Shown one piece after another: positions 29,740 to 40,059 of a DNA stretch of 64,000 nt; position 1 is the first letter of the stretch; each line of letters opens with the position of its first letter. The position numbers were made by a program, and so were the translations under genes. The DNA comes from Syntrophales bacterium. GTDB lineage: Bacteria; Desulfobacterota; Syntrophia; Syntrophales; UBA2210. The notes beneath the pieces were generated by a model. The model was not told the origin of the DNA and did not search any database. It saw only the letters and a list, made by a program, of their open reading frames with translations. The stretch is from NCBI GenBank assembly GCA_963666365.2, contig CAXXNF010000001.1, positions 1,472,442-1,536,441 on the forward strand, read 5' to 3'.

Positions 29740-30351
29740 ATGAAAATAACATCCGCTGAATTTATAAAGAGTGCCGTCAAAGCCGCTCACTATGCTGAAG
29801 GGCCTTTTCCTGACGTGGCCTTTGCGGGACGGTCGAACGTGGGAAAATCCTCCCTCATCAATGCGCTGCTGGAAAGGAAGCGTCTTGCCCGTACCAGCAG
29901 TACGCCGGGACGCACGCAGCAGATCAACTTTTTTCTCGTGAACGGGAGTTTCTATTTTGTTGATCTCCCCGGATACGGTTTTGCCAAGGTTCCCCTTGCC
30001 GTCAAAAAGCAGTGGGGACCCATGGTCAACGACTATCTGCGGACACGAGCGAATCTCAGGATGGTGGTGATGATACTCGATGCGAGAAGAGACCCTTCGC
30101 CCGAGGATATTACCCTGAAAGAATGGCTTGAACATTACGGTATTCCCGTGGCCTATGTGGTGACAAAAATCGACAAGCTGTCAAAGAGCGCCGGCGCCGT
30201 GCGCTACAAAAAAATAGGCGCCTCTCTGAATGGGTCGTCCGAGGTTCCCCTGTTCCCCTTTTCGGCCAAAACAGGGCAGGGAAAAGAGTCCCTCTGGAGG
30301 GCGATATCCTCCGCGCTGGGGGAAGGTAGCGGGGACGCAGTCGGGCGCTAA
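29740..30351 (+). CDS. engB: Ribosome biogenesis GTPase EngB/YihA/YsxC
   Basis: Motifs AFAGRSNVGKSSLIN, TPGRTQ, DLPGYG and TKIDK. Confidence 0.95.
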   Translation: MKITSAEFIKSAVKAAHYAEGPFPDVAFAGRSNVGKSSLINALLERKRLARTSSTPGRTQQINFFLVNGSFYFVDLPGYGFAKVPLAVKKQWGPMVNDYLRTRANLRMVVMILDARRDPSPEDITLKEWLEHYGIPVAYVVTKIDKLSKSAGAVRYKKIGASLNGSSEVPLFPFSAKTGQGKESLWRAISSALGEGSGDAVGR

Positions 30352-30513
30352 GGGATTGGCTAAGTACTTAGTCCATATCCTGATATTTGGAAATATGGCT
30401 TGACATAAATTTGAAATTTTGTTAGCGACTTCACGGTTGATGATTTTAAAAACTCTCCGTTGAGAGTACTCATAGAATGTTCCTTAGAAAATACGCACGA
30501 GGTGTAAAGGCAA

Positions 30514-33500
30514 GTGTTAAAAGATAGCGAAAAAATCGGCGCCGTAATGGTAGTGGGTTCGGGAATCGCGGGCATACAAGCCTCTCTTGACCTCGCAAAC
30601 TCCGGTATGAAGGTGTATCTGGTCGAAAACGACATCAGCATCGGCGGTGTCATGGCCCAGCTTGACAAAACCTTCCCCACAAACGACTGCTCTGCCTGCA
30701 TCCTTTCACCAAAACTCGTGGAGGTGGGGCGACATCCCAATGTAGAGATAATGACGCAACGAACGGTAGACGCCGTCGAGGGGGAACCGGGGAAATTCAC
30801 TGTGTCGCTGACCAGGGCGCCCCGGTACATCGATCTCGACAAGTGTACCGGCTGCGGCGACTGCGCCAAGGTATGCCCCGTGACGGTTCCCAACCGCTTT
30901 AATGAGGGGCTTGACGAGCGCAAGGCCACCTACCGCAAATTCCCTCAGGCGATTCCCAGCGGATTTGCCATCGATAAAATTGGCACCGCTCCCTGCAAGG
31001 CGGCCTGCCCCACGCACATAAGCGTGCAGGGCTATGTGGCGCTCATTGCCGACGGGAAATACAAGGAAGCCCTCAAACTGATCAAACAGGAAAACCCCTT
31101 CCCGTCGGTCTGTGGAAGGGTCTGCAACCATCCCTGCGAGAGCGCCTGCAAGCGCGCCGAAGTGGATGATCCGATCGCCATCATGTACCTGAAACGGTTT
31201 GTGGCCGACCTCGATCTGAACGATGAGACGAAATTTGTTCCGGAGATAAAAGAAGACAAGGGAAAGAAAGTCGCCATCGTCGGCGCCGGTCCCGCCGGTC
31301 TGACTGCGGCCTACTACCTGGCCATCGAAGGCTATAAGGTCGCTGTCTTTGAGGCCCTTCCCGTAGCCGGGGGCATGCTCACGGTGGGTATTCCCGAGTA
31401 TCGTCTTCCCAAGGACGTATTGAACGCCGAAATAAAGACCATGGAAGAGATGGGCGTCGAAATCAGGCTGAATACAAAAATAGGGACGGACATTACCCTT
31501 GAGCAGCTCAGAAGCGACTACGATGCGCTCTTTATCGGCGTGGGCTCGCACGTAAGCAGCAAACTCAATGTGCCCGGCGAGGAAATGGAAGGCGTGGTGC
31601 ACGGCATCGACTTCCTGCGCAGGGTCGCCCTGGGAGAGAAGGTCTTCCTGGGGAACCGCGTTGCCGTCGTCGGCGGCGGAAACGTTGCCATGGACGCTGT
31701 CCGGACGGCGCTTCGAACCGGTTCGAAAGAGGCCTTTGTCCTCTACCGCCGGACCCGTGCCGAAATGCCCGCAGCCGATGAAGAAATTGAAGAGGCCCTT
31801 CACGAAGGGATCAATATGGAATTTCTTGCCGCCCCTGTGCGTGTCATCGGCGACGGCAAGGTGACGGGTATCGAATGCATCCGGATGGAGCTGGGAGAAC
31901 CCGATGCGAGCGGCCGCCGGCGGCCCGTACCCGTGAAGGGATCGGAATTTACGATCGAATGCGACGCCGTCATTCCCGCCATCGGACAGACCAGCGACAT
32001 GTCCTTTGTCGAAGAGAAAATGGGCCTTTCCATTAACAAATGGGACACCTTCGATGTCGATCCCGTGACATTCGCCACCAATGTGGAGGGCATTTTCGCC
32101 GGAGGCGACGACGTGACCGGTCCCGCCACCGTGGTGGAGGCAATCAATGCCGGCAAAGAGGCGGCCAAGTCGATCGACCGTTACCTGCAGGGCCAGGATG
32201 TTGCCCTGGGCCGCGCCCGCGACTGGAAGCAGGGTCTTGCCGACAAGGGCGATGTGAGCTGGATGGAGAAGGGCGCCCGTCCGCAGTTGAGGGAACTCGA
32301 TCCGAGCGAGCGGAGGACCCACTTTAAAGAAGTGGTGCAGGCATACACCGAAGAAGAAGCGGTGGCCGAGGCGAAGCGCTGCCTCAGTTGCGGCATCTGT
32401 TCCGAGTGTTACCAGTGCGTCGAGGCCTGTATCGCCGGCGCCATCAACCACGACATGAAAGAAGAAAAAGAATCCATAGACGTGGGTTCCATTATTGCGG
32501 CGCCCGGATTCGAGATATTCGATGCCTCCTTGAGAGGCGAGTACGGATTCGGCATCTATGAAAACGTGGTGACCAGCATCCAGTTCGAACGAATCCTCTC
32601 CGCATCGGGTCCCTATTTCGGGCACGTACAGCGCCTTTCCGACGGAAAGGAGCCGAAGAAAATCGCCTTCATCCAGTGCGTCGGTTCCCGCGACGTGAAC
32701 TGCGGCAACAGCTGGTGTTCGTCGGTCTGCTGCATGTACGCCACCAAAGAGGCCATCATCGGCAAGGAGCACGCCAAGGGACTCGAACCGACCATCTTTT
32801 ATATGGATATACGGGCCTATGGAAAGGATTTTGACCGCTTCGTCAATCGGGCGAAAAACGAATACGGCATCCGCTATGTCCGTTCCATGCCGTCGACCAT
32901 AAAGGAATTGCAGCAGTCGAAAAACCTTCTCATGACCTACGTCCAGGAAGACGGCACCCTGGTCGAGGAAGAATTCGACATGGTGGTGCTCTCCGTCGGT
33001 CTGACGCCGCCCAGAGATGCGGAAAAACTGGCCGCGGCCCTTGGTGTCGAACTGGAAGAGCACGGTTTCTGCAAAACTTCACTGGAAAATCCCGTTCAGA
33101 CCAGCCGCGAGGGTGTCTTTGTATGCGGCGCCTTCGGCGGGCCGAAGGATATTCCCGAAACGGTCATGGAGGCAAGCGGCGCCGCCGCCTGTTCACAGGG
33201 CCTGCTGGCATCGCGCCGGGGCACCATGATTACCGAAGAAGTGCTCCCCGAGGAAATGGATATGCGAGGCGTCGGGCCGAGAGTCGGCGTCTTTGTCTGC
33301 CACTGCGGCATCAACATCGGCGGCGTCGTCAATGTGCCCGAGGTGGTGGAATACGCCAAGACACTGCCCAATGTCGTCTACGTCATGGACAACCTCTTTA
33401 CCTGTTCTCAGGACACGGCGGTCAAGATGGGCGAAGTGATCAAGGAAGAGAACCTGACGCGGGTCGTGGTCGGGTCATGCTCTCCCCGGACGCACGAGCC

Positions 33501-34938
33501 GCTGTTCCAGGAAAACTGCGAGAAGGCGGGACTCAACCGTTATCTCTTCGAAATGGCGAATATTCGGGACCAGGATTCCTGGGTGCATATGAATGAACCG
33601 GAGGCGGCCACCGAAAAGGCAAAAGACCTGATCCGCATGGCCGTCGCCAAGGCGCAGTTCCTGAAACCGCTGAAACCGGGCCAGCTGGGCGTCAACAAAG
33701 CGGGCCTGATCATCGGCGGCGGCCTCGCCGGCATTACGGCGGCCCTGTCGCTGGCCGACCAGGGCTTCGAGTCCTATCTTGTTGAAAAGGAAAAGGAGCT
33801 GGGCGGCAACTACAGGAACCTGTACTATACGCTTGAGGGACTGGATACGAAGCAGCATCTGGCGAAACTTCTCAAGAAAGTCGAAGAGAAGAAAGATTTG
33901 ATCCACGTGATGACCGATGCCTCGATCAAGAATATCGAAGGGTTCATCGGCAATTACAAGTCTACGGTGACCGCCGGCGCGAAGGAAACGCAGTTCGAAC
34001 ACGGCGTGGTTATTATCGCCACCGGTGCCTACGAGAATGAGACTACGGAATATCTCTACGGCCGGAACGACAGTGTGCTGACGCAGCGTGAACTGGAAAA
34101 GCTCATTGCCGAAGGCGGTGAAAAGGTAAAGTCCGCCAAGAAGGTCGTTATGATTCAGTGTGTAGGCTCCCGTTGCGACGAGCGCCCCTACTGCAGCCGC
34201 TACTGCTGCAGCGAGGCGATCAAAAACGCCTTGAAGCTGAAAGAAGCCGATCCTGAGGCCGATATCACCATTATCTATCGGGATATTCGAACCTACGGTC
34301 TGAAAGAGGACTACTACAAGAAGGCCCGCGAGGCCAACATCAAATTCGTCCGCTATGAAGAAGATCTGAAACCGGACGTGACAGCCGACGGTTCTAAACT
34401 GCGGATTTCCACCTTCGATTACATCCTGAACGAAAAGGTGGAACTGGAAGCCGATCTTCTTGCCCTGAGCGTAGGCACCGTGCCGAATCCTGGCAACGAG
34501 CAAATAAGCAAATTCCTCAAGGTTCCCATCAATCAGGACGGGTTTTTCCTTGAGGCGCATGTGAAACTTCGCCCAGTCGATTTCGCCACCGACGGTGTCT
34601 TCTTCTGCGGTATGGCCCACTCGCCCAAGATGAGCGACGAGTCCGTGACCCAGGCGAGCGCAGCCGTTTCCCGAGCCTGCACGATCCTCACAAAGGATTT
34701 CATCGAGGCGGAAGGGAAGACGGCCTATGTGATCAAACAGCGCTGTATGGCCTGTGGGCTTTGTGAAGCCAACTGCCCCTACGGTGCTATCGAGGTGGAT
34801 CAGAAAGAGGGCTGTGCAGTGGTCAACTCGGTCCTGTGCAAAGGCTGCGGCGTCTGTACCGCATCCTGCAGAATGAATGCCGTTGACCTGAACGGATTTA
34901 ATAACGAGGAAATTCTGGCGCAGATTGGAGCCTTCTAA
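30514..34938 (+). CDS. hdrA: Large HdrA-like flavoprotein (HdrL type): two HdrA cores plus an inserted GltD/NfnB-like NAD(P)-binding domain
   Basis: LDKTFPTNDCSAC; insert APCKAACP...CGRVCNHPCE...VGAGPAG...GGGNVAMD; two QCVGSR/CSxxCC cores; VFVCHCGINIG; FFLEAHVKLRP; C-terminal 2x[4Fe-4S]. Confidence 0.92.
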   Translation: MLKDSEKIGAVMVVGSGIAGIQASLDLANSGMKVYLVENDISIGGVMAQLDKTFPTNDCSACILSPKLVEVGRHPNVEIMTQRTVDAVEGEPGKFTVSLTRAPRYIDLDKCTGCGDCAKVCPVTVPNRFNEGLDERKATYRKFPQAIPSGFAIDKIGTAPCKAACPTHISVQGYVALIADGKYKEALKLIKQENPFPSVCGRVCNHPCESACKRAEVDDPIAIMYLKRFVADLDLNDETKFVPEIKEDKGKKVAIVGAGPAGLTAAYYLAIEGYKVAVFEALPVAGGMLTVGIPEYRLPKDVLNAEIKTMEEMGVEIRLNTKIGTDITLEQLRSDYDALFIGVGSHVSSKLNVPGEEMEGVVHGIDFLRRVALGEKVFLGNRVAVVGGGNVAMDAVRTALRTGSKEAFVLYRRTRAEMPAADEEIEEALHEGINMEFLAAPVRVIGDGKVTGIECIRMELGEPDASGRRRPVPVKGSEFTIECDAVIPAIGQTSDMSFVEEKMGLSINKWDTFDVDPVTFATNVEGIFAGGDDVTGPATVVEAINAGKEAAKSIDRYLQGQDVALGRARDWKQGLADKGDVSWMEKGARPQLRELDPSERRTHFKEVVQAYTEEEAVAEAKRCLSCGICSECYQCVEACIAGAINHDMKEEKESIDVGSIIAAPGFEIFDASLRGEYGFGIYENVVTSIQFERILSASGPYFGHVQRLSDGKEPKKIAFIQCVGSRDVNCGNSWCSSVCCMYATKEAIIGKEHAKGLEPTIFYMDIRAYGKDFDRFVNRAKNEYGIRYVRSMPSTIKELQQSKNLLMTYVQEDGTLVEEEFDMVVLSVGLTPPRDAEKLAAALGVELEEHGFCKTSLENPVQTSREGVFVCGAFGGPKDIPETVMEASGAAACSQGLLASRRGTMITEEVLPEEMDMRGVGPRVGVFVCHCGINIGGVVNVPEVVEYAKTLPNVVYVMDNLFTCSQDTAVKMGEVIKEENLTRVVVGSCSPRTHEPLFQENCEKAGLNRYLFEMANIRDQDSWVHMNEPEAATEKAKDLIRMAVAKAQFLKPLKPGQLGVNKAGLIIGGGLAGITAALSLADQGFESYLVEKEKELGGNYRNLYYTLEGLDTKQHLAKLLKKVEEKKDLIHVMTDASIKNIEGFIGNYKSTVTAGAKETQFEHGVVIIATGAYENETTEYLYGRNDSVLTQRELEKLIAEGGEKVKSAKKVVMIQCVGSRCDERPYCSRYCCSEAIKNALKLKEADPEADITIIYRDIRTYGLKEDYYKKAREANIKFVRYEEDLKPDVTADGSKLRISTFDYILNEKVELEADLLALSVGTVPNPGNEQISKFLKVPINQDGFFLEAHVKLRPVDFATDGVFFCGMAHSPKMSDESVTQASAAVSRACTILTKDFIEAEGKTAYVIKQRCMACGLCEANCPYGAIEVDQKEGCAVVNSVLCKGCGVCTASCRMNAVDLNGFNNEEILAQIGAF

Positions 34939-34966
34939 AATTTAGCCGATATTAAACGAGGATGGT

Positions 34967-35404
34967 ATGACAGAACGTAACGAAAACAAAAACTGGGAGC
35001 CTAAGATTGTTGCCTTTGTCTGCAACTGGTGTACCTACGCCGGCGCCGATCTGGCCGGCATCAGCAGAATTCAGTATCCGCCCAATGTACGGTTGATTCG
35101 GCTCCCCTGTTCAGGCAGGGTGAATCCCTTCTATGTGGTAAAAGCGCTTCAGGAAGGTGTGGACGGAGTGCTTGTGTCGGGGTGTCATCCGGGAGAGTGC
35201 CATTATATTTCAGGCAATCTGTCGGCGCGAAGGAAATTTGCCATGTTAAAGAGTTTCCTTTCCTATATAGGATTTGAAGCGGACAGAACCATATTTACGT
35301 GGGTTTCCGCCTCTGAGGGGGAAAAGTTTGCCAACGTCATCAAGGGCGTGACCGCAAAGGTGAAGGCCCTGGGTCCCGCCAGGAAGATGATAAAGCAAAT
35401 CTAG
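34967..35404 (+). CDS. mvhD: MvhD/FlxD [2Fe-2S] subunit
   Basis: Motifs FVCNWCTYAGADLAG, RLPCSGRV, GCHPGECHY and WVSASEG. Confidence 0.93.
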   Translation: MTERNENKNWEPKIVAFVCNWCTYAGADLAGISRIQYPPNVRLIRLPCSGRVNPFYVVKALQEGVDGVLVSGCHPGECHYISGNLSARRKFAMLKSFLSYIGFEADRTIFTWVSASEGEKFANVIKGVTAKVKALGPARKMIKQI

Positions 35405-35441
35405 TCCAAATGAGAAATAACAGAGCGAGGAATCAGATACT

Positions 35442-36449
35442 GTGGAAAATATAGAAAAGAAACTGCGGGAAGAAGCCAAGAAACTGCTTTCTGAAAAGAA
35501 GGTGGATGCGCTGGTAGGGTATGAAGAAGGGACACTTCCCTTTCAGGCCTCACCCTGTATCATCACGGAACCGGAAGAGGCCGACAGGCTGGTATGGAAT
35601 GCCTACTGTTCCGTGAATCTGGCAAAATACGTTCATGATATCATCTATCGGCACCGGGAATCGCAGATGCGGGCAAAGCCGGAAGACCGGACAAAGAAGA
35701 TCGTGGGCGTCGTTGGCCGGGGATGCACGACGAGATCGATCATCATTCACCTGCAGGAAAAACAGTATGAAAGAGACGAAGTGGTGATTATCGGTGTTCC
35801 CTGCACCGGCTACATTGCGAAGAAAAAATTGTCCAGGGCCGTGAAGGGAAAAGAAGTCATCGAATGCGCCGTCGAAGGAGATTCGGTGACCGCCGTTACA
35901 TCTGAGGGCAGCACCAAAATTCCTCTGAAAGAGATCCTCTCCGACAGCTGCCTCACCTGCCGTTATAATAACCCCGTCATTTCCGATCTGATGGTAGGTG
36001 ATCCGGCGCCGCCGATGAATCCGGAAAAAGAATATGAAGAGGTCGATGCCTTTGAGGGGCTTTCGGAAGAGGAACGGTGGGCCTATTTCACCAAAGAAAT
36101 GGCAAAGTGCATTCGCTGTTACGCCTGCCGGAACACCTGCCCCTCCTGCTACTGCAAGCAGTGCTTTGTGGAGCAGAATCAGCCCAAGTGGGTCGGCATG
36201 GGCATCGACGAGACGGACACGCAGGTTTTCCAGATCATGAGAATGTTTCACCAGGCGGGGCGGTGCGTCGATTGCGGCTCCTGCATAGAGGTCTGTCCCA
36301 TGGGCGTTGACCTGCGGAAATTTCTCAAAAAGCTCGATAAAGACGGGTTCGATCTCTTTGCCCACCGGGCGGGAGAAGCGCTTGAGAGTCCCCCGTTCCT
36401 GAGTGCACATTCGGCGAATGACAAGGATGAATTTATTTTCGAACCCTAA
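35442..36449 (+). CDS. flxC: 4Fe-4S dicluster protein, FlxC-like
   Basis: Motifs KCIRCYACRNTCPSCYC and GRCVDCGSCIEVCP; follows mvhD/flxD. Confidence 0.75.
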   Translation: MENIEKKLREEAKKLLSEKKVDALVGYEEGTLPFQASPCIITEPEEADRLVWNAYCSVNLAKYVHDIIYRHRESQMRAKPEDRTKKIVGVVGRGCTTRSIIIHLQEKQYERDEVVIIGVPCTGYIAKKKLSRAVKGKEVIECAVEGDSVTAVTSEGSTKIPLKEILSDSCLTCRYNNPVISDLMVGDPAPPMNPEKEYEEVDAFEGLSEEERWAYFTKEMAKCIRCYACRNTCPSCYCKQCFVEQNQPKWVGMGIDETDTQVFQIMRMFHQAGRCVDCGSCIEVCPMGVDLRKFLKKLDKDGFDLFAHRAGEALESPPFLSAHSANDKDEFIFEP

Positions 36450-36467
36450 AGGAGTCGCGGAGATACT

Positions 36468-36992
36468 ATGAGTACCTTTTTAGAAGAAGTAAATACACGA
36501 ATCAACGGTGTTCCCATCCAGGCCTGTTACCACTGCCGGAAGTGCACGGCGGGGTGTCCTCTGGCCTTTGCCATGGAGTACAATCCGAACAAGGTAATCA
36601 AGATGATCCAGATGGGGATGAAAGACAAGGTGTTGAGCAGCTCCACAATCTGGCTCTGTGCCTCCTGCGAAACCTGTGTGACACGGTGCCCGAACAATGT
36701 GGATATCGCCCGCATGATGGACGTACTGAGAGAAATGGCGATAGAAGAAAAGGTTGCGCCCAAAGAGAAGAACATCGCGAAGTTCCATGAGGCGTTCCTC
36801 TCGAGTATAAAATCGGGCGGTCGTATCAATGAGCCCATGATGATTGTGAATTACAAGCTGAAGTCGGGTGATTATTTCTCCGATATGGCGATGGGCATGA
36901 GTATGTTCATGAAGGGGAAAATCACGCTGTTTTCGCCCAAAACAAAGGACATAAAATCGGTACGGCAAATATTTAAGTCAACAAGCAAGTAG
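36468..36992 (+). CDS. hdrC: Heterodisulfide reductase subunit C-like
   Basis: Motifs CYHCRKCTAGCP and IWLCASCETCVTRCP. Confidence 0.9.
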   Translation: MSTFLEEVNTRINGVPIQACYHCRKCTAGCPLAFAMEYNPNKVIKMIQMGMKDKVLSSSTIWLCASCETCVTRCPNNVDIARMMDVLREMAIEEKVAPKEKNIAKFHEAFLSSIKSGGRINEPMMIVNYKLKSGDYFSDMAMGMSMFMKGKITLFSPKTKDIKSVRQIFKSTSK

Positions 36993-37045
36993 CTGGAATG
37001 GTAGTCATACAATCGCCGTTTGCGCTATCTTTAAGGAGGCTGTAG

Positions 37046-37894
37046 TTGAAAGTTTCATATTATCCGGGATGTTCTCTTCACGCGACAGGGAAGGAATACG
37101 ACCTGTCTGTAAAGGCGGTCAGCAAGGCTCTGGATATCGAACTGCAAGAGGTTGATGACTGGTCCTGTTGCGGTGCGTCGTCGGCACATATGACGAATTA
37201 TAAATTATCCGTCGCCCTGCCCGCGAGGAATATCATTGCCGCAGAAAAGAACGAGTGGGATGTGATGGTCCCCTGCGCCGCCTGTTTTAACCGCTTCAAA
37301 ATGGCACAGCACCACATGCGGGAAGATGAGGCGCTGAAAAAAGAAGTGGAAGGCATGGTGGGAGGGAAATTTTCCGATAGCGTATCTATAAGGAATCCCA
37401 TCGACATTCTTTACAATGATATCGGCGTTGATACCCTGAGCGGAAAGGTCAGAAAGAAGCTGGCGGGGCTCAAACCGGTCGCATACTATGGCTGTCTCCT
37501 TCTGAGACCGCCCGAGGTGTGCGAGTTTGATGATTATGAGAACCCCTTTATGCTGGACAAGATTATGGCGGCGCTCGGGGCGGAACCGCGCAACTGGTCC
37601 TGCAAAACGGACTGTTGCGGGGGCAGCTTGACGCTCGGTAAAACGGAGGTCGTCGTCCGGCTGGTGGATAAGCTGATGACCATGGCGCGTGAGGCGGGCG
37701 CCAACTGCCTGGTAACGGCATGCCCCGTCTGCTTTGCGAACCTGGATACGCGGGCGAGTGAAAACGTGCAGCTTCCCGCATTTTACTTTACCGAGATCAT
37801 CGCCCTGGCTTTGGGTCTGGAGGGACCGGAATCGTGGTTCAAGATTCATAACGTCGATCCGAGACCGTTATTGAACTCGCTGGGGCTGTTGTAG
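37046..37894 (+). CDS. hdrB: Heterodisulfide reductase subunit B-like
   Basis: YYPGC, two CCG motifs (WSCCGA, DCCGG), YYGCLLLRP and ACPVC. Confidence 0.92.
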   Translation: MKVSYYPGCSLHATGKEYDLSVKAVSKALDIELQEVDDWSCCGASSAHMTNYKLSVALPARNIIAAEKNEWDVMVPCAACFNRFKMAQHHMREDEALKKEVEGMVGGKFSDSVSIRNPIDILYNDIGVDTLSGKVRKKLAGLKPVAYYGCLLLRPPEVCEFDDYENPFMLDKIMAALGAEPRNWSCKTDCCGGSLTLGKTEVVVRLVDKLMTMAREAGANCLVTACPVCFANLDTRASENVQLPAFYFTEIIALALGLEGPESWFKIHNVDPRPLLNSLGLL

Positions 37895-37969
37895 TGTAGG
37901 GTAGAAGGGTAAAAGCTCTACTGTTTTCCATAATGAGATAAAAAAATAATCAGTTCACTAAGGGAAGAT

Positions 37970-38995
37970 ATGGAAACGAGAATAATAAAGAAGGATACCC
38001 TGGCCGGCATCGTTAAAAAGCTGTCCGAAAGCATGCTGGTCTATGCGCCGGTTCAGGAGGAGGATAACGTGCTCTATAAGGCCCTTGAAAAAGGGGTGGA
38101 GCCGCTGATCGAGTTTGACAATGCGAAAAATGCTCCGAAAAACTTTTTCTTCCCCCAAACGGAGACGATGATGCGCTACCTGAAGGGCGAGCGGGGCGAG
38201 GAGATTTCGCAGATTCCCGAAGAGGCCCGCGACGCGGTTCTCTTCGGCGTGAGACCCTGTGATGCCCGAAGCTTTGTCCTCCTTGACAATATATTCAACG
38301 ATCCGAAATACCGTGATCCCTACTATGTCGAGAGGCGTGAAAAGACCACGATTATATCGCTTGCCTGTGTAGAGCCGCCCTATACGACCTGTTTCTGCAC
38401 CTCCGTGGACGGCCATCCCATGGCAACTGAAGGCGTCGATATTTCGCTTGTCGACTTGGGCGATGCGTTCCTGGCGGAATGTGTGACCGAAAAGGGCGAA
38501 GCGCTTCTCGCGAAGATGGGCGACCTTCCGAAGGCGGACGACGACGCGCTCGCAAAAAAGGAAACCCTCGCCGCCGAGGCAGCCGGCAAAATAAAAATGG
38601 AGATTCCCGGCCGCGCGATTAAACCGTGGCTCGATGAAAACTTCGACCACCCCTTCTGGGATACCATTCACCAGAGCTGTCTCGCCTGCGGGACCTGTAC
38701 CTATCTCTGTCCGACCTGTCATTGTTTCGACATTACCGACGAAGTGAAAAAAGAGGAAGGAAAGAGGATCAGATCGTGGGATTCCTGTATGTACTGGCTC
38801 TTTACCATGGAAACGTCGGGACACAACCCGCGGCCTTCGCAGAAGGAACGCTGGCGGCAGCGGCTTATGCATAAATTCAAATATTTTGTGGACAACTTCG
38901 ACGCCATTGCCTGTGTGGGATGCGGCAGATGTGTGATGTATTGTCCCGTCAATATCGATATACGAAAAATCGTTCAGGATATTTCGAAACTATAG
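37970..38995 (+). CDS. flxB: AsrA-like 4Fe-4S protein, FlxB-like
   Basis: Motifs FGVRPCD, CFCTS, CLACGTCTYLCPTCHCF, RSWDSC and CVGCGRCVMYCP. Confidence 0.82.
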   Translation: METRIIKKDTLAGIVKKLSESMLVYAPVQEEDNVLYKALEKGVEPLIEFDNAKNAPKNFFFPQTETMMRYLKGERGEEISQIPEEARDAVLFGVRPCDARSFVLLDNIFNDPKYRDPYYVERREKTTIISLACVEPPYTTCFCTSVDGHPMATEGVDISLVDLGDAFLAECVTEKGEALLAKMGDLPKADDDALAKKETLAAEAAGKIKMEIPGRAIKPWLDENFDHPFWDTIHQSCLACGTCTYLCPTCHCFDITDEVKKEEGKRIRSWDSCMYWLFTMETSGHNPRPSQKERWRQRLMHKFKYFVDNFDAIACVGCGRCVMYCPVNIDIRKIVQDISKL

Positions 38996-39007
38996 TATGT
39001 GGAGATC

Positions 39008-39853
39008 ATGATGCAAAGAAATCCCTATGTGCCCATACCCGTTGATGTAGCAAAGATAGTTACGGAGGTGTCAACGAAGGATATCAAGACCTTTCGTTTT
39101 ACCTTCGTGAACAAGGAAGATGAGGAGCAATTTGCATACCTGCCGGGGCAGTTTGCGGAGCTCTCCATTTTCGGAAAAGGTGAATCGCCCATAGGCATCG
39201 CCTCATCGCCCACCCAGCGGGGTTATATTGAATTCACCGTTCAGAAGGCGGGCGTGGTGACGTCGGAGCTTCACAGCATGGAGGAAGGGACGAGAATGGG
39301 TGTCCGGGGACCACTGGGGAATACCTGGCCTATCGAGTACCTTCAGGGAAAGAACATCGTGGTGGTGGGAGGCGGATTCGCCTTTACGACGCTGCGATCG
39401 CTCATCAACTACATGCTCTATGAGGAAAACCGCTCCAAGTTCGGGAAGATCACCGTGGTCTACGGCGCCAGGGACCCGGGGCTTCTCATCTATAAAGACG
39501 AACTTACGCTTTGGGAAAAACGGGACGATATCGATCTTAACGTCACCGTGGACAAGGGGGATGCAACCTGGACGGGAAGAGAGGGCTTTGTCCCCGCGGT
39601 GTGCAAAGAAGTGGCGCCCAGTTCAGAGAATGCCGTGGCCGTCATCTGCGGGCCGCCCGTCATGATCCGCTTTACCCTTCCCGAGTTTTTTAATCTGGGA
39701 TTTTCGAAGGAGAATATTTACACATCCCTTGAAATGAGAATGAAATGCGGCATCGGCAAGTGCGGTCGCTGTAACGTGGGGAACAAGTACGTCTGCAAGG
39801 ACGGTCCCGTCTTTTCACTGGCCGAACTGGATACGTTGACAAAAGAGTACTAG
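39008..39853 (+). CDS. flxA: AsrB-like FAD/NAD(P)-binding [2Fe-2S] oxidoreductase, FlxA-like
   Basis: Motifs PGQF, RGPLGN, CGPPVM and LEMRMKCGIGKCGRC...CKDGPVF. Confidence 0.85.
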   Translation: MMQRNPYVPIPVDVAKIVTEVSTKDIKTFRFTFVNKEDEEQFAYLPGQFAELSIFGKGESPIGIASSPTQRGYIEFTVQKAGVVTSELHSMEEGTRMGVRGPLGNTWPIEYLQGKNIVVVGGGFAFTTLRSLINYMLYEENRSKFGKITVVYGARDPGLLIYKDELTLWEKRDDIDLNVTVDKGDATWTGREGFVPAVCKEVAPSSENAVAVICGPPVMIRFTLPEFFNLGFSKENIYTSLEMRMKCGIGKCGRCNVGNKYVCKDGPVFSLAELDTLTKEY

Positions 39854-39867
39854 GCATATGCACACAA

Positions 39868-39901
39868 CAGGTCAGGCGCGCATCAGGGACCGCCTGACCT
39901 G
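39868..39901 (+). terminator. Stable hairpin after flxA (terminator or RNA-stabilising stem)
   Basis: CAGGTCAGGCG-12 nt-CGCCTGACCTG perfect 11-bp stem with only a short T-tail. Confidence 0.5.
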
Positions 39902-40059
39902 TTTCGATACCCCCCTCAACGCGCAGTGTCACAACCCTGCCCTGCGTACATACACGAAGATTTTCTGTAGTGCAGACAATGGCGCCGGCGGCATGCTGTG
40001 GGTACATCCGGGGTGGTACATATGCTGCGGGTCTCATGTTGAAAGGAGATACCAATACC

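Noticed and set aside
30400..30436. Promoter TTGACA and Rex-like operator (TTGTTAGCGACTTCACGG) upstream of hdrA
   Set aside because: The -10 match is weak and the dyad has 4 of 14 mismatches to TTGTGAA-N4-TTCACAA. It is plausible but not supportable without a motif scan.
30706..33063. Long antisense ORF (785 aa); also 33475-34620, 55011-56741, 58258-60435 and 2783-3889
   Set aside because: These are shadow ORFs opposite well-supported GC-rich genes and carry no recognisable motifs.
30514..35404. Selenocysteine recoding in HdrA or MvhD
   Set aside because: Both ORFs are uninterrupted and the relevant motifs (CNWC, GCHPGECHY) are encoded with Cys.
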